In this document: positions 36,186 through 48,221 of the stretch, piece by piece
How the letters are laid out: the number at the start of each line of letters is the position of its first letter
How positions within the stretch are numbered: the first letter of the stretch is position 1
Origin: Octopus sinensis
Taxonomy: Eukaryota
Length of the DNA stretch: 64,000 nt
Assembly: GCF_006345805.1 (NCBI RefSeq)
Contig: NW_021825821.1
Span: 186,001-250,000, forward strand
Direction: 5' to 3'
Notes under the pieces: model-generated
Told to the model about the DNA's origin: nothing
What the model saw: only the letters and a program-made list of their open reading frames with translations
The model's database searches: none
Program-made: the position numbers and the translations under genes

Positions 36186-37963
36186 CAGTGCACGACAAAA
36201 GTAACCGGACAAGCCAGAATTTCCATTATTTTAGCCAATTTTAATGCTTTTTTTAAAAAAATAGCTTCTTATTAATTAAAATATTCATTAAATAATATAT
36301 TTACTTTTTTAATTTCTTTTTTTTTGAATAATCCATTAAATTTAAAGCACACTTATTAAATGTAGGTGACAAAAGTAACCGGACACTTTTCAGTTTTTCG
36401 CCAAAATTACATTTTTTTAACCTTTTTTAGGGGTAAACACATGTCAGATTTTGTTAAAGGACAAATAATTGCCTTTAAAAATTAAGGAATGTCTATCAGA
36501 CGCATTAGAACTCTTACTTGTACCAAAAAATCGACGATCCACGATTTTTTGAAAAAATACAAGAAAAATATGATAATTTCACGACTTCCAGTTTCTGGGA
36601 GAGCTAGAATACTTTCTAAGATTGAAACTGATGAGCTAACTGCTCATAGTGTAGAAAATCCATATGAAAGTTCAAACGTTTTACGTTCCTTTGTACATGA
36701 AAAGTTTGGAAAAGACATTTCCAAAAGGACAATAATTCGTTTATTGAATGAAAATAATTATTTTGGGAGATTAACCATGAAAAGACCCTTTCTCTCCAAA
36801 AAAAATGTTAAGGATAGATGGAACATATCTAAAAATTTTTTAATGATTTCGGACGCAGAATGGAAGAAAACAATTTTCTCAGACGAATCAATTTTTCAAT
36901 TATCTATGAATAAAAAATCTCGAATAGTTTACCGAAAGAAAGGGGAATCCTTAAAGTAGTTCTCAAGTACGGCCACCTCTCCAACTCGCTGCTCTTTACT
37001 CCAATTGCCGTGGAGTCCTCCGGGATCTTCGGTCCCAAGACACTCCGCTTCCTTCGCTCGCTCGGTCGACGGATTTCAAGGACTAGTCACGATCCAAGAG
37101 AGTTTTCTTGGCTCCTGGAACGTCTGTCGATTGCTGTGATCCGAGGGAACGGCTTCGCCATTCGCGAGGCTGGTCGGGTGTCTCGTGAGGCCTTTAACTA
37201 ACTTAGCTATTTTTAATTTCTTTCTTGCAAATATTTATGTTTAAATTTGATATTTATTTAGATATATCTTGCCAACTGTAAAACATGGAAAATGCAAAAC
37301 AATGGTTTGGGGATGTATCTCATACAACGGAGTGGGGAATTTAGTTTTTTTTGATGGTACGTTAAACAGTGGACGATATGTGAATTTGTTGACGAATAAC
37401 CTGATGGAATCTGCAGCAAAAATGAATTTAACGGATTTCACATTCCAACAGGACAATGCTCCCTGCCACAAAGCAAAAATTGTGACGGAATATTTCAAAG
37501 AAAATCAAATCAAAGTTCTTTCATGGCCCGCCCAGTCACCTGATCTCAATCCCATTGAGCACGTCTGGGCATATATGAGAAGAAAAATAGATGAAAAAAC
37601 CTCAACATGTCACAATGACCTAAAAGAGGAAATTATCCAAATTTGGAGATCAATCCCGATAGAGTTCATACAAAAACTAATTTTATCAATGAAGGCTAGA
37701 AGCTACGCAGTGTATAATGCCAAAGGAGGCAATTCTAGATACTAATTTTTGATTATTTTTAACTGTCCGGTTTCTTTTGTCGCACCTCGTAATTATTTAT
37801 GCTTTAAATTTAATGTACAATTGAAAAAAAGATTAAATTAAAAATGTAAAAAATTGTTTTTCGTGTAAATTAATGTACAAAGGGTGATTTATGTGAAAAA
37901 AGTTTTAAAATGACTTAAAATAATGGAAATTTTGGCTTGTCCGGTTACTTTTGTCGTGCACTG
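36186..37963 (+). mobile_element. Tc1 (DD34E, IR/DR) transposon with CRE insertion in the transposase
   Basis: TIR CAGTGCACGACAAAAGTAACCGGACAAGCCA with inner direct repeats, TA TSD. FSDES, QDNAPCH and SPDLNPIE with 34-residue D-E spacing. Confidence 0.93.
36957..37260 (+). mobile_element. CRE-clade 3' end (CRE-F) inserted in Tc1
   Basis: PIAVESSGIFGPKTLRFLRSLGRRI..REFSWLLERLSIAVIRGN* plus an AT-rich 3' UTR. The Tc1 frame resumes (ESLK|RYILPTVKHG). Confidence 0.88.
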
Positions 37964-38264
37964 TATATGAAAGTGCTTCGTTTAATAAATTGGATCCAGT
38001 TTGTAATTGATTCGTAAGCTTTGAAAGATTTCGTGTCATAGTTTGATCAAACCTTTTCATAATACCCTAAAACAGATAAATATTGTATCATTATTTGTGA
38101 TTGAGGATGATTTGGTCTTCCATAAATATGTTTGATTTTGTTTTTAAGGCAGAAAGAATTGAGATAAATATTCTTAAACTCCATTCCATTATCTTTTTGT
38201 AGAATCTCGAAACCCGAATTCAAAAATAATTTTTTCAAATGCTTCACAAATATCGAAATTGCAA

Positions 38265-40020
38265 TATAAGATCCAAGAGACACTTCAGTTCTAACTCTGA
38301 CGAACGAGAAAATCAAGCGTTCAATTCAATCTTTTGGGAAAAGCAGCTGTGGGGGCCTAGACGGACTACGCCCAGGGCACTTAAAAGACCTTATTTCGCA
38401 AACGACCGCCGAGGCAGGCCAAACTCTACTCACTGCTATCACCACATTTATAAACCGGTTGCTGAGCGAGAACATCCCGAATTTTGCTACGAAGCTACTT
38501 TTCTCATCTCATCGTCTCATCTACTGGCAACTTGTTCCGCCGGCTTGCCGCTAAAGCTGCCGCACGACACGTCAGTCCACGCCTCAGCGCTGAACTGGCT
38601 CCACTTCAACTGGAAGTCGAGATCCTAAACGGCTGTGAAGCTGTCGTACACGCGGCCCGAACTCTCTCTCTCTCAAAGGATGCTCTATTCCATCCTCACG
38701 TGGCTGTTAAACTTGATCTGCGGAATGCCTTCAACGGCGTCAGGAGGGACCGAATAATAGAGGTATGCGTCGAGAGGGCTCCGGAGATTTTCCAGCTTAT
38801 CTTTCTCTCTTACGGGAAAGAAACCTCACTTATCTTTGGCGATAAAGTCATCCGTTCCCGAACAGGAGTCCAACAAGGCGACCCTCTTGAACCATTACTA
38901 TTCGCCTTAGCAATCGACGAGGCTGTACGATCAATCCTCTCACCATTCAATTTATGGTGCCTGGACGACGCGACCATTGACGGCTCTGTGGAATTTATCA
39001 CCAAGGACTTATTCCGCCTAATCCCTGCTTTGCGCAACCTTGGCCTAGAAGTTAACGTGAATAAATCGAAACTCCTAAACCTCAACTACCCTGAGGCGGA
39101 TTTTCCGAATGTCAATATGATCATCCAAGACTTCATCACTGGTGCACAAATAACCCAGCCATTAGAAGCAACCTTTCTTGAATGCCCACTCGGACCTGCA
39201 GGTCTCCGAAACTATCTAGTCAATAAAGACCGCGAATTCTACCGCCTTACTAAAAGACTGCTGATGCTCGACTCACATAATGCTTTTTTTCTGCTGAAAA
39301 ACAGCCTTCACATGCCAGGATATTTTTCATTCTACGTTGCCTACCATGCTTCTCTCAACTGCCTGAGGATAGGGATCTCCCTTTGGCTTGGTCTCGACAT
39401 ATGCAGCATCCACCAATGCCGATGTGGAGCCAAAATCGACGCTAAAGGGCTCCACCCTCTTTCGTGTCGCAGGAGTGCTTAGAGCCCTCAAGGCTGCAGG
39501 CTTTCCGTCACAACTTGAGCCTGTCGGATTGGACCGTGGTGACGTCAAACGCCCAGACGGAATGACAATCTTTCTTTTTCGGGACGGCAAGTGCCTCGTC
39601 TGGGATGCTACGTGCATCGATTCTTTCTCTCCATCGGCAATCTGTCATCTGTCACTTCCCCGGGTCCGCTGCGGAAAAGGCTGAGACGGCCAAAATTAAA
39701 AAATACCAAGAACTTGGACGGCGCTTTATATTCGTACCAATCGCTTTGGAGACATCGGGCGTCGCTGGGCCTCTTACCTCGGCCTTCATCAGCGACATCG
39801 GGAGGAAATTGGCCCACATGATGAAAGAGCCACGCGAGGTTTCGTGGCTATTGCAGCGGATATCCATTGCGATTCTCTGTGGCAACACGCATGCGGTACT
39901 TTCCGCAAGAGGGTGCGTGCTTTAGCCCCCGGAGATTCCCCTCTGCCCATTCCTTAATTAATTTGTTTTCATTTGAAATATGTTTTAATTAAGCAAAAAA
40001 AAGATTTAAAAATAAATATT
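38265..40020 (+). mobile_element. CRE-clade retrotransposon with internal deletion (CRE-G)
   Basis: [77 protein letters not shown]. Confidence 0.88.
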
Positions 40021-40511
40021 GCAGATTTATTTTTAGTACCCATCATTTAAATCGTTAAATTTTTGATGTCTATAAGGTCTGCCTGGAATCGTTCATTTGG
40101 TCTTTTGGGAATTACACGGAATTTAGAATTGGAAAACTGCGATTATTTTTTAATTTTATACTTTAAGTGGAATAGAAAACTTGCAAATTGAGCATTCTTT
40201 GACAACTCGTTCTATAATTTTCTGTTTTATTTTAAATTAAAATAAGAGTGTAAACATTACTGTTGCAGTTTACGAATTCCAGAATGGCTATTGAAAGTTG
40301 CGAAAGACCTTAGAAAGCATGCAAGCCGAGACAAGGCACGGGTTATCGATGTCTGTTAAAGAGGTAGCACCTGAATCTGCCCATCCATGCACTGAACGTG
40401 GATCTTAAGAGGGTGAGGTTGATGGAATAAAACACTACAAATAACGAAAACGGAAATTAATAATTTATTAAACCAAAATTTAATTAAGGTTAAGATATTT
40501 AATTAGGATTT

Positions 40512-43500
40512 TCAATCCTGATTGGTAGTCTCTCTTCTCCTTTTAGGAGAAGAGTCTGCTGCTTGTTCCTCTTCATTCTCTATCTCTGCGTCAGTTGTTG
40601 TGCGTCTTTTATCTTTGAATGGAGTGTCCTGGCGGCATGCCATTTCTACTAGTTGATCGGTCGCAGAGGCATATTCCTCGCCAGTTATTTTCATTCCATG
40701 CTTGTGTTCAATTATCATGCTCTCTAGCGTCCTTTTGAGCACAACCGATTGGATGTATGTCATTGTAGATTTTTCAATATATAGTTTATCCATATAATTT
40801 TTGAAGCATCTTGTGACAACACCATCCCAGGTCAGAACCACGGGAATAATTTTAACTTGGCATTCGTAGAGTAGTGATAGTTCATTTGCAAGGAAATCAT
40901 ATTTGTGAAGTTTCTCAACTTCCACTTGTTTTAAGCGGTCCTGAGATGTTATGCCCACCTCGATTAAGGTTATTTCCTTTTTAATCTTGTCATAAACAAA
41001 GATATCCGGTTTATTGAAGTTGACTTTATTTTCTGTTATAATTGACGTGTCAACTCTAATTTCTACATTTTGAGTTGACAATATCGACTGAACTGAATGA
41101 GTCTTTAATTTCCTGTTCTTTTTGATTCCATACATTCGACAAATATGAAGATGGACACATTTAACCACCTCGTCATGTCTTCGGAGATAATCGCTATTGA
41201 GCATTTTACCACACTGAGTGGCCAGATGATCAACAGTTTGTTTACTTTTTTTACAATGATTGCATAACGGCCTCGTGTTTGCAAAAAACAAATTTCTATC
41301 TTGCAGAAGGCAGTATAATGCTTCACTTCGGGGGCCATTATTTCCTTTGGCTAACCATTCTGAGGAAGTAGAAAGATCGACATTTGATTCATCCAGGCAT
41401 TTGAACATAACAGAGTGTAGTGACTTGGACTTTATTTTGTTTAGCAAATATTTTTTCTGAATGTCTTTGAGAGAATTAATATCTATGCTTTCTGTGTCAG
41501 CAATAGCGTATTTAGAGGTAAGAAATCCTGCGATTGTAGCCAAATGCCATTTCTTTGTTTTAATAACTCGCAGAATCCCCGACCTTCGCAAACACACAGC
41601 CGACTGTTTTTCCAAGCTTTTAAGGAATTGCATGAGTATTAATTCGCTCTTGAACGAGATGGAGGCAAGTCCTCTTCCAAAAGTTTTGCGGTCTAAATAC
41701 AGCCTTTCTTTATTTGCAGGCTGGAGATGTAACTTGAGTGTCATGAGCAGTCGACGTATTTGTTTATCAATGTCATCAAATTCATATGGCTCAATATTAA
41801 TTAGCCCAATATAATAATTATATAGGGACAATGCATATTCATTTATGGCATAGAATAAGTTCACCGAATTCAATTTTGTTTTTGACAACATAGTTATTCT
41901 TTTTTTTACATTCTCCATTATTGAATTCATAACTTTATTCTTGAGGACATTACTTCCTCCATCTTCAAATACGCCCAAATAGCGATATCCATTGATTCCT
42001 TCCAAAGTCTCACAGCATGATAAAGATTTGACATTAGAGGCCGATTTTTCAGAGTTCATCTCCAGGCCAACGATGTCAAAAAATTCTTTAACAGCTTCCA
42101 TCATTTTAATAACACTGTCCTCTTTAAGAGCAAATATCTTTAGATCGTCAATAAAAAATAGGTGATTGGTAGAATATGTCAACATATTTAGATCCTCCTG
42201 ATTAATTTGCAATTTGGGGAATTTAGAGTTCAGGATCCTGCTTAGGGGATCCATTACCATAACAAATAGCAATGGGGATAATGAATCTCCTTGTAAAATT
42301 CCTCGGGTTAGCTTTACTGAACCAATTTTCCTTCCATCAAGATGTAGATTTACTTTCCACTTCTTGACTATACTTTTCACAAAGTTAATAATCCAGAGTG
42401 GAATTCCAGAGCTGTCCAATATGTGGAATAAAAATTGGTGATCAACCGAGTCAAAGGCTTTCTTTACATCCACCCAAGCAGAGTACAGACTGTTTCCATA
42501 TTCCTTGTTCAAGCATTGATTAATAAGTGCCTGCTCTTTCGCACCCTGACATTGCTTTCTGGTTCCAAGTTGATTGTCTGAAATCAGCCCAAGTCCATCC
42601 ACAAAATCAGAGAGTTTAACATTCACACACTTCGTTACAAGCTTGTACAAAGTTGGCATACACGTTATAGGGCGTAAATCCTTTGGATTCTCACAATCAT
42701 CCTTTTTTGGAATCAAGTAAGTTAATCCTGTGTAAAACCAACTCTCGGGCATGTACTCACCCTTGATTATCCGGATTACTTCATTACACAAGAATTCATG
42801 TAATGATTTCATTTTCTTGATGAAAAAGTTATATGTTCCATCGCATCCGCACGCCTTCCAATCAGGCGCATATTTGAGCATATCTTTAACCAACTCATTT
42901 GTGAATTGAGGTTCCATAGCTTCACCACCGGTAGACCTCACATCCACACAATTATACGAAACGTGATCCATATTTTTCTTTCTCCAGACGTTCTCCCAGA
43001 ATAACAAGCAGTCATCATCATCAAAGCCATATAAGGTTACCTCATTATTCGACGATAAGTTTCGGTAAAACCTTCTACGGTTTAATTCGAAGCACGCATT
43101 GTCTTTTCGGAACTCTTTCCTCGAGTTATAAATGGATATTTGTTTCTCTTTAATTCTGATTAGGTCATTCATTAAGGCCTCAATTCTCATTAGCTCTCCC
43201 TTTTTAGATTTTTTATACCCGTAGCGGCAAAGAATATCCATTACATTTTTCTTTTCAGATTGAGGTAATGCTTGTCTCGAAAAGGAATTCACTAATTTAA
43301 TTTCAGCTGCTAATTTCGAAATTTTGTTTTCTGTGTTTTCCAACCATGTGCTTTTTGTTTTTGGTCTTATAGTTAAGGCCAAATAAGCACACTGTGCAGC
43401 ATATAATATGTCTGTAATCTGATCCATATTTTGTGGAGGATTATCTTCTGTAATACGATAAATTGCAGAATTCAATCCAGACAGAATATTAGTTTTCACT

Positions 43501-44054
43501 CTATTTTTTTGGATTTTTGGGGTAGGTTTTCGAGACTCTCTAGGAATAGATTTGATTCTTTCGAGTTGGACTTTGAGTTCTTCTAGACAATTCTTGAAGT
43601 TAGAAATTTCAATATTCATGTTAGATTTTCCTTCACTACAATCGCCTCTTTTCCCTACATTTTGATTCCCATTTAGTGGTTTGACCATTTTTTTTAGTTG
43701 ATATAGACTTGAGCACTTTAAGTATTTTTCATTGAACTTTTTCAGAATGAGATCCCAGCCACCTCTAGGCATCCTTCCAAATCTTTCTTTGATAGCATAG
43801 AACACCTGAGACACCCATTCAGTCTCAGAGACACACTTGACATCCTTAATAATGGCGGACATGGAATGAAAGTTAGTTGGTGCAGCACGACTTCCAACTG
43901 TAGGATTATTGTTAATATTAGTTCTTGTGCCGTTATCCAGCCCCAGAGACAACACTCCTGCATCCACTATACTGTTTTTATTATTTGATTCTGCAGAAAG
44001 GCCCATGGGATTCGTTTTCTTGTTATTGATAAAAACGGACATGCACAACACCAC
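40512..44054 (-). CDS. R4/Dong-clade non-LTR retrotransposon polyprotein (RT, CCHC, RLE), uninterrupted 1180 aa; first ATG 44042
   Basis: FWENVW, LTYLIPK, LRPITCMPTLYK, DVKKAFDSVDH, RGILQGDSLSPLLF, HLFFIDDLK, YRYLG, CNHC-x8-H-x4-C, RRHD, KPDIFVYD..LIEVGIT. Confidence 0.92.
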   Translation of the reverse strand: MVLCMSVFINNKKTNPMGLSAESNNKNSIVDAGVLSLGLDNGTRTNINNNPTVGSRAAPTNFHSMSAIIKDVKCVSETEWVSQVFYAIKERFGRMPRGGWDLILKKFNEKYLKCSSLYQLKKMVKPLNGNQNVGKRGDCSEGKSNMNIEISNFKNCLEELKVQLERIKSIPRESRKPTPKIQKNRVKTNILSGLNSAIYRITEDNPPQNMDQITDILYAAQCAYLALTIRPKTKSTWLENTENKISKLAAEIKLVNSFSRQALPQSEKKNVMDILCRYGYKKSKKGELMRIEALMNDLIRIKEKQISIYNSRKEFRKDNACFELNRRRFYRNLSSNNEVTLYGFDDDDCLLFWENVWRKKNMDHVSYNCVDVRSTGGEAMEPQFTNELVKDMLKYAPDWKACGCDGTYNFFIKKMKSLHEFLCNEVIRIIKGEYMPESWFYTGLTYLIPKKDDCENPKDLRPITCMPTLYKLVTKCVNVKLSDFVDGLGLISDNQLGTRKQCQGAKEQALINQCLNKEYGNSLYSAWVDVKKAFDSVDHQFLFHILDSSGIPLWIINFVKSIVKKWKVNLHLDGRKIGSVKLTRGILQGDSLSPLLFVMVMDPLSRILNSKFPKLQINQEDLNMLTYSTNHLFFIDDLKIFALKEDSVIKMMEAVKEFFDIVGLEMNSEKSASNVKSLSCCETLEGINGYRYLGVFEDGGSNVLKNKVMNSIMENVKKRITMLSKTKLNSVNLFYAINEYALSLYNYYIGLINIEPYEFDDIDKQIRRLLMTLKLHLQPANKERLYLDRKTFGRGLASISFKSELILMQFLKSLEKQSAVCLRRSGILRVIKTKKWHLATIAGFLTSKYAIADTESIDINSLKDIQKKYLLNKIKSKSLHSVMFKCLDESNVDLSTSSEWLAKGNNGPRSEALYCLLQDRNLFFANTRPLCNHCKKSKQTVDHLATQCGKMLNSDYLRRHDEVVKCVHLHICRMYGIKKNRKLKTHSVQSILSTQNVEIRVDTSIITENKVNFNKPDIFVYDKIKKEITLIEVGITSQDRLKQVEVEKLHKYDFLANELSLLYECQVKIIPVVLTWDGVVTRCFKNYMDKLYIEKSTMTYIQSVVLKRTLESMIIEHKHGMKITGEEYASATDQLVEMACRQDTPFKDKRRTTTDAEIENEEEQAADSSPKRRRETTNQD

Positions 44055-44134
44055 AAAAAATTAATGATAATACGAAAACGGAATAACTATTAATTATCTC
44101 TAATTAAATTTCTCTACGGTGTTTTTTTGGGTTG

Positions 44135-44560
44135 TCATGCTTGACTCTTTTGGTAACTAAACACCTAGAGTCTAGGTATAGTGCCGGAGCTAGCACGGAA
44201 CATGTAAAAAGAACTGCCATGGAGGATGTCCAGCCTCGTTCAGTTGGTGAAAGTTCAAGTCCCCCTAATCTGAGAACGAACTCAAAATTAAACGCAGTAA
44301 AAGAAATTATTTCCTCCATTAATGTTGAAATAAAAAACAGTGGCCGGTATCTATCCACTCAAGGTTAGAGCGTGTCCTGAGGGTGATTGGAATGTCATAC
44401 TATAGAATTTTAATTTTAAATTTGGAGATACAATCTCCTTGTCCGAATATAGAAGGTTGGAATATTCCATTAAAATTTCTTTGCCATTAATTGTCTCTTG
44501 TTGGATATAAAAAAAACTCTGAAGAAAAGGCAAGAATAACCTCCTTAATAAATGCAAAAA
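44135..44560 (+). mobile_element. 5' fragment of a second, diverged R4-like element, head-to-head with the intact copy
   Basis: GIYPLKVRACPEGDWNVIL*NFNFKFGDTISLSEY resembles FYAIKERFGRMPRGGWDLILKKFNEKYLKCSSLYQ near the N-terminus of the 1180-aa ORF. Confidence 0.5.
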
Positions 44561-45076
44561 TAATGGTGATTAAACCAAAGTTAGCTATTCATGCATGTTG
44601 ATATTTTTCTCGACAGCTTGATGTAAATTTATTAAGTTTCACGTAAATGGAAACCAAAAAGGATAACCCGAGCTGCTAAATTTGCTTCGCTTGTTGGCTT
44701 CAAATATATCGGGATAGTTGTTTCTTGTTCAGGACGATGTGGAGCTTGCTTGTGACACGGAGTAATAGTCCATCTCGATCAAAATCAGGTGGAAGAGCAG
44801 AAAATCGAATCCAAACCAAACAAGTTGACCAAACTACTTGTGACCCGAGACCTGCAATAAAGGGGAAGTCTTGAACAATTCGGTAGCCAATAAAAAAGGT
44901 ATTGAGCTTATTAATGCCAAAAAATAGATTACGGTAGTATTTGATGAAGAGTAGATATATGAATCTTTAAACCCGTCAAGTGCCTAGATCGATACGCTGA
45001 TTGTTACTTATTTGATTATATGTGTATTTTTTTCTAAAATTACGTTCTTATTAGTAAATTATATTTCATTAAATCC

Positions 45077-46202
45077 ATGCCAACAATGATGAATGTTTTG
45101 GTGAAAGGTTTTCGATTATTTAACAAACAAATAGATAACAAAGTTAAATTTTCATCGGGAAAACAAAAGAATAAAAAAATAAACAATAGACAATTGCATT
45201 CAAGAGTACAAGAATACATAACATTTTCAGTCAAACAGATTCGAGAATTATCGAACAAATACAGAACCTGGGAGATTTCAAGAACTTGCCAGACCGATAG
45301 TTGACTTTAGACAAGTAACCAATTCACCTCAGCATTAGAAACCTACTCCGTTAAATATTTCCAACAAAAACATTTCCTCGAGAAAATCATCTTTGCTGTT
45401 GGGGTATGACTGGGTATCGAACATATTGGAATCCAACGTGACAGACCGTCCTGATGAGTATTTTGAGGATATTAAAAATTTCCGAAACTATTTTCACAAA
45501 CAAGTTTCAGCAAATTTGGAAACCAAGTAACAATTTACCATTATGTACTTTAGTATATTTCCCGAATCTCATGAGTTTAAAATTCCTGTCAATAATTCAG
45601 AAACTCACGAATGTAATCTAATCATAAACCGAGTTAGGTGTGCACACATACTGCGTAACAAATCGTCTATTCCCCATTCCCCTCAACAAAAATGAGGAGG
45701 GAGAAAGTCTATGCGCCATTTGTGGAAGGAAAATTCCAAAAAACGGGTCGTCATTTAAACCTGTCCAAATGAGGTTTTTTGCAATCATCATTTGCCAAAG
45801 AATAACACTTCCTCTCTCTTTTTTAACTACGAATTGCAATTTGATTTCGAAAACTGTTGAACTTCGGGGTACTCTATCCCTCAGAGAGGTCCAGTCTTGT
45901 CGTTATAAAATAGCAATGCGGGGGGACATTCAAATCAGACAATCCGAAGGAATTCATCTCTCACTATCAAAACATAGGACAATTTGAAATGCAGGAAAAA
46001 CGTTTACCGGGAATAAAATCAGTTGCATCCGACTCGAAGGAATGTACATTAAAACTATCCGAAGATCTGAACTATTTCATCCAGCAGCTGGAGTATTTGA
46101 AAGTAGCTCAAGGTGTACTCTATGCCCATTAGTTTAGAATATTCCCAAAACTACAAGGAAACAAATAAAAATGAACCTGAAAGCCAAATAACAAAAAAGT
46201 AA
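45077..46202 (+). CDS. MIIP: Migration and invasion inhibitory protein homologue; start uncertain
   Basis: Spliced LLLGYDWVSNIL..DEYFEDIKNFR..HE|CVHTYCVTNRLFPIPL..CAIC..MR|ITLPLSFL..TLSLRE|QC matches the MIIP core (LGYDW, HECVYCYRVNRRLFPVP, VSIPLSIL). Introns 24-27 nt. Confidence 0.75.
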
Positions 46203-47177
46203 TAACATTCTAATAGCTGTAGGACTGAACTATTGTTGGATATTTCGCGCTATTTGCGAGTGCAGTTGCAGCAACTTGACAAGACCAGAGGCGGAAACAA
46301 TTCGTCTGTCAAATACCCGTTATTTTAAGCCCAATAAACTATTTTATCAAAAAATTTAAAAAAATGATTTAGAGAGCGGTAGAAAGTGTCGAAGCAATTT
46401 TATTTAATGGAATGTTTTTCAAATAATACTAGAAATTTTTTTTTTACTAGAAATTGAGAAGATGTTTGATTATGTGTACCATGACAAACTCACATGAGAT
46501 CTTGAAGTGTGAAGGATATCTCCGGATCTCAGCCCTCCTTAGAATACGGTAATTAAGTCAGTCGGCGTAGGGTTTTTTTCCAAGTCACGCACATATAATG
46601 TGATGGGTCTATTATGCTTTTGCTCTTAGTTTTTTGTCGGAAATGAGTGTGTATACGACGACATTCCTGAAATACCTTGATTGAACCGAAGTGTACGTGT
46701 CAGGGGATTCTGTGTCATTTATTATCCTGTGAGGGTCTACACGTTTTGCATATTTTAAAGTGAACCAAGATATCTGCTGTATAAATTTATTTTTTATATC
46801 CGTTGTTTGTAAATAATTGTACATTTAGTTCTTTGATAACTTATTTAAAAAATAATCATTCTAACCTATGACGGGCTACAAAAATTATTTCCAAAAAGTC
46901 TGACCTGAATATATATTGATTTGTGTCATTCATAAGCTTGGCCTTAACAAAATTCTTGATGAATATAAAAACTGTTGTTTGTTTAATTTTTTAAGCCATT
47001 AATACACTCCCACAATTTGCTTGAACCATCTTGGCCATATTTAAGAAGTACCAGAGTCACCAGAACATTCCCGAAAAGTATATGAACGTTCACCGCTGAA
47101 TTTGTTAGCTCTGATAGACTGAGATTGTTGCTTCTAAGGCGGAGAATTAGGGGTCTTTATTCTTTAAATGAATCGTC

Positions 47178-47933
47178 TTATAAACTAACAAAATCATGAG
47201 GGGAGATATCCATGTACGTATTTTTATCTTTTTTCCAATCTGATTTATTAAAATTGAACAGTAAAAAACAAATTGGTTAGTTTATTATAGACCAAATAAA
47301 AGAAAAAATTGATTAATATAGTTAGTAATTAGTTAACAGAACAAAGAGATGTTTTTACTAGTTTACGTGCTTTTCTGTTATAGAATTTTCCAATTTCTGC
47401 TTTAGTGATATATTTGTCACCTAAAAAATTGTGTTACTAATCAACTACCATTTGAATCCATTTTTTGGTGAATTTTCAGTATTTCAAATTGACTTACAAA
47501 TCCATTTTTGTTTTTATCAAAAGATGAGACTTTTAAACAAGCATAATACTTGGTTATTCCAAATCTCATGAAGCATTTTTCCAAATGTTCTACTTTGATC
47601 TCATCGTCACTCACTATTATAATACCGAGCTACATTAACGATACTAGAAATTGTGCTATTAATTTTGTTTGGACATATGTCAAAATATAACTCTATATGT
47701 TCTCCTAGTGATAATTTCCCATCGTCATTTTGATCAGCCAAGTCGAAAACTGATTCTGCTTTTTCCATCATTTGTTTAAAATTTTCTATTCTTTTTTTAA
47801 TTTCTTTTCTTGATGTCTTTTTCTTATTTTTAGCTGTATGATTTTTGTTTGAGCTAGTTAGTTAAAATATAAGTCAATACCATTGAGACATTAGTAGAAA
47901 AAATATACATAAAATGTTGATTGAAAAATTCAT
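47178..47933 (-). CDS. Secreted multi-EF-hand calcium-binding protein (CREC-like)
   Basis: Signal peptide MNFSINILCIFFLLMSQ|C; EF loops DQNDDGKLSLGE, DKNKNGFV, DKYITKAE, DKNTYMDISPHDF. Micro-introns; internal exon boundaries only partly resolved. Confidence 0.6.
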
Positions 47934-48221
47934 CTTTTATCAAAAATTTTTTAGAAATGTTTTATAATCTACTCAGTTGCGACAGATGTTAAAGTTTTCA
48001 AAACTAATTAATCTCAAAATAAAGTATGGTGCCATATCATTGTAGATTATATTACAGTAAACTCTCTCTAATTTGCCATTTTTGGTTCAGTGCGAAATTG
48101 TGGCCAAATTAATAAATTGTATTTTTATTGGAAATATTATTATTAACCAAGGAATTTAAAAAATTAAATTTTATTAAAGTAATATTCAATCCCCAATTGC
48201 CTCTTTTTAGAATTTTTAATA

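Larger units (their letters stand above)
36050..40335 (-). pseudogene. Ginger/KRBA2-type integrase gene split into three pieces by later insertions
   Basis: HHCC (NSHSG..VVKECSIC) and RPNERFQADLID at ~40040-40335; LQKDNGMEFKN..GRPNHPQSQ at 37966-38260; YNTT..ETSFKT at ~36050-36185. Colinear once Tc1 and CRE-G are removed. Confidence 0.7.

Noticed and set aside
40440-40485. Spliced-leader gene as R4 target (GGTTTAA on the minus strand resembles the nematode SL1 start)
   Set aside because: Similarity stops after 7-8 nt; no splice donor or Sm site recognised.
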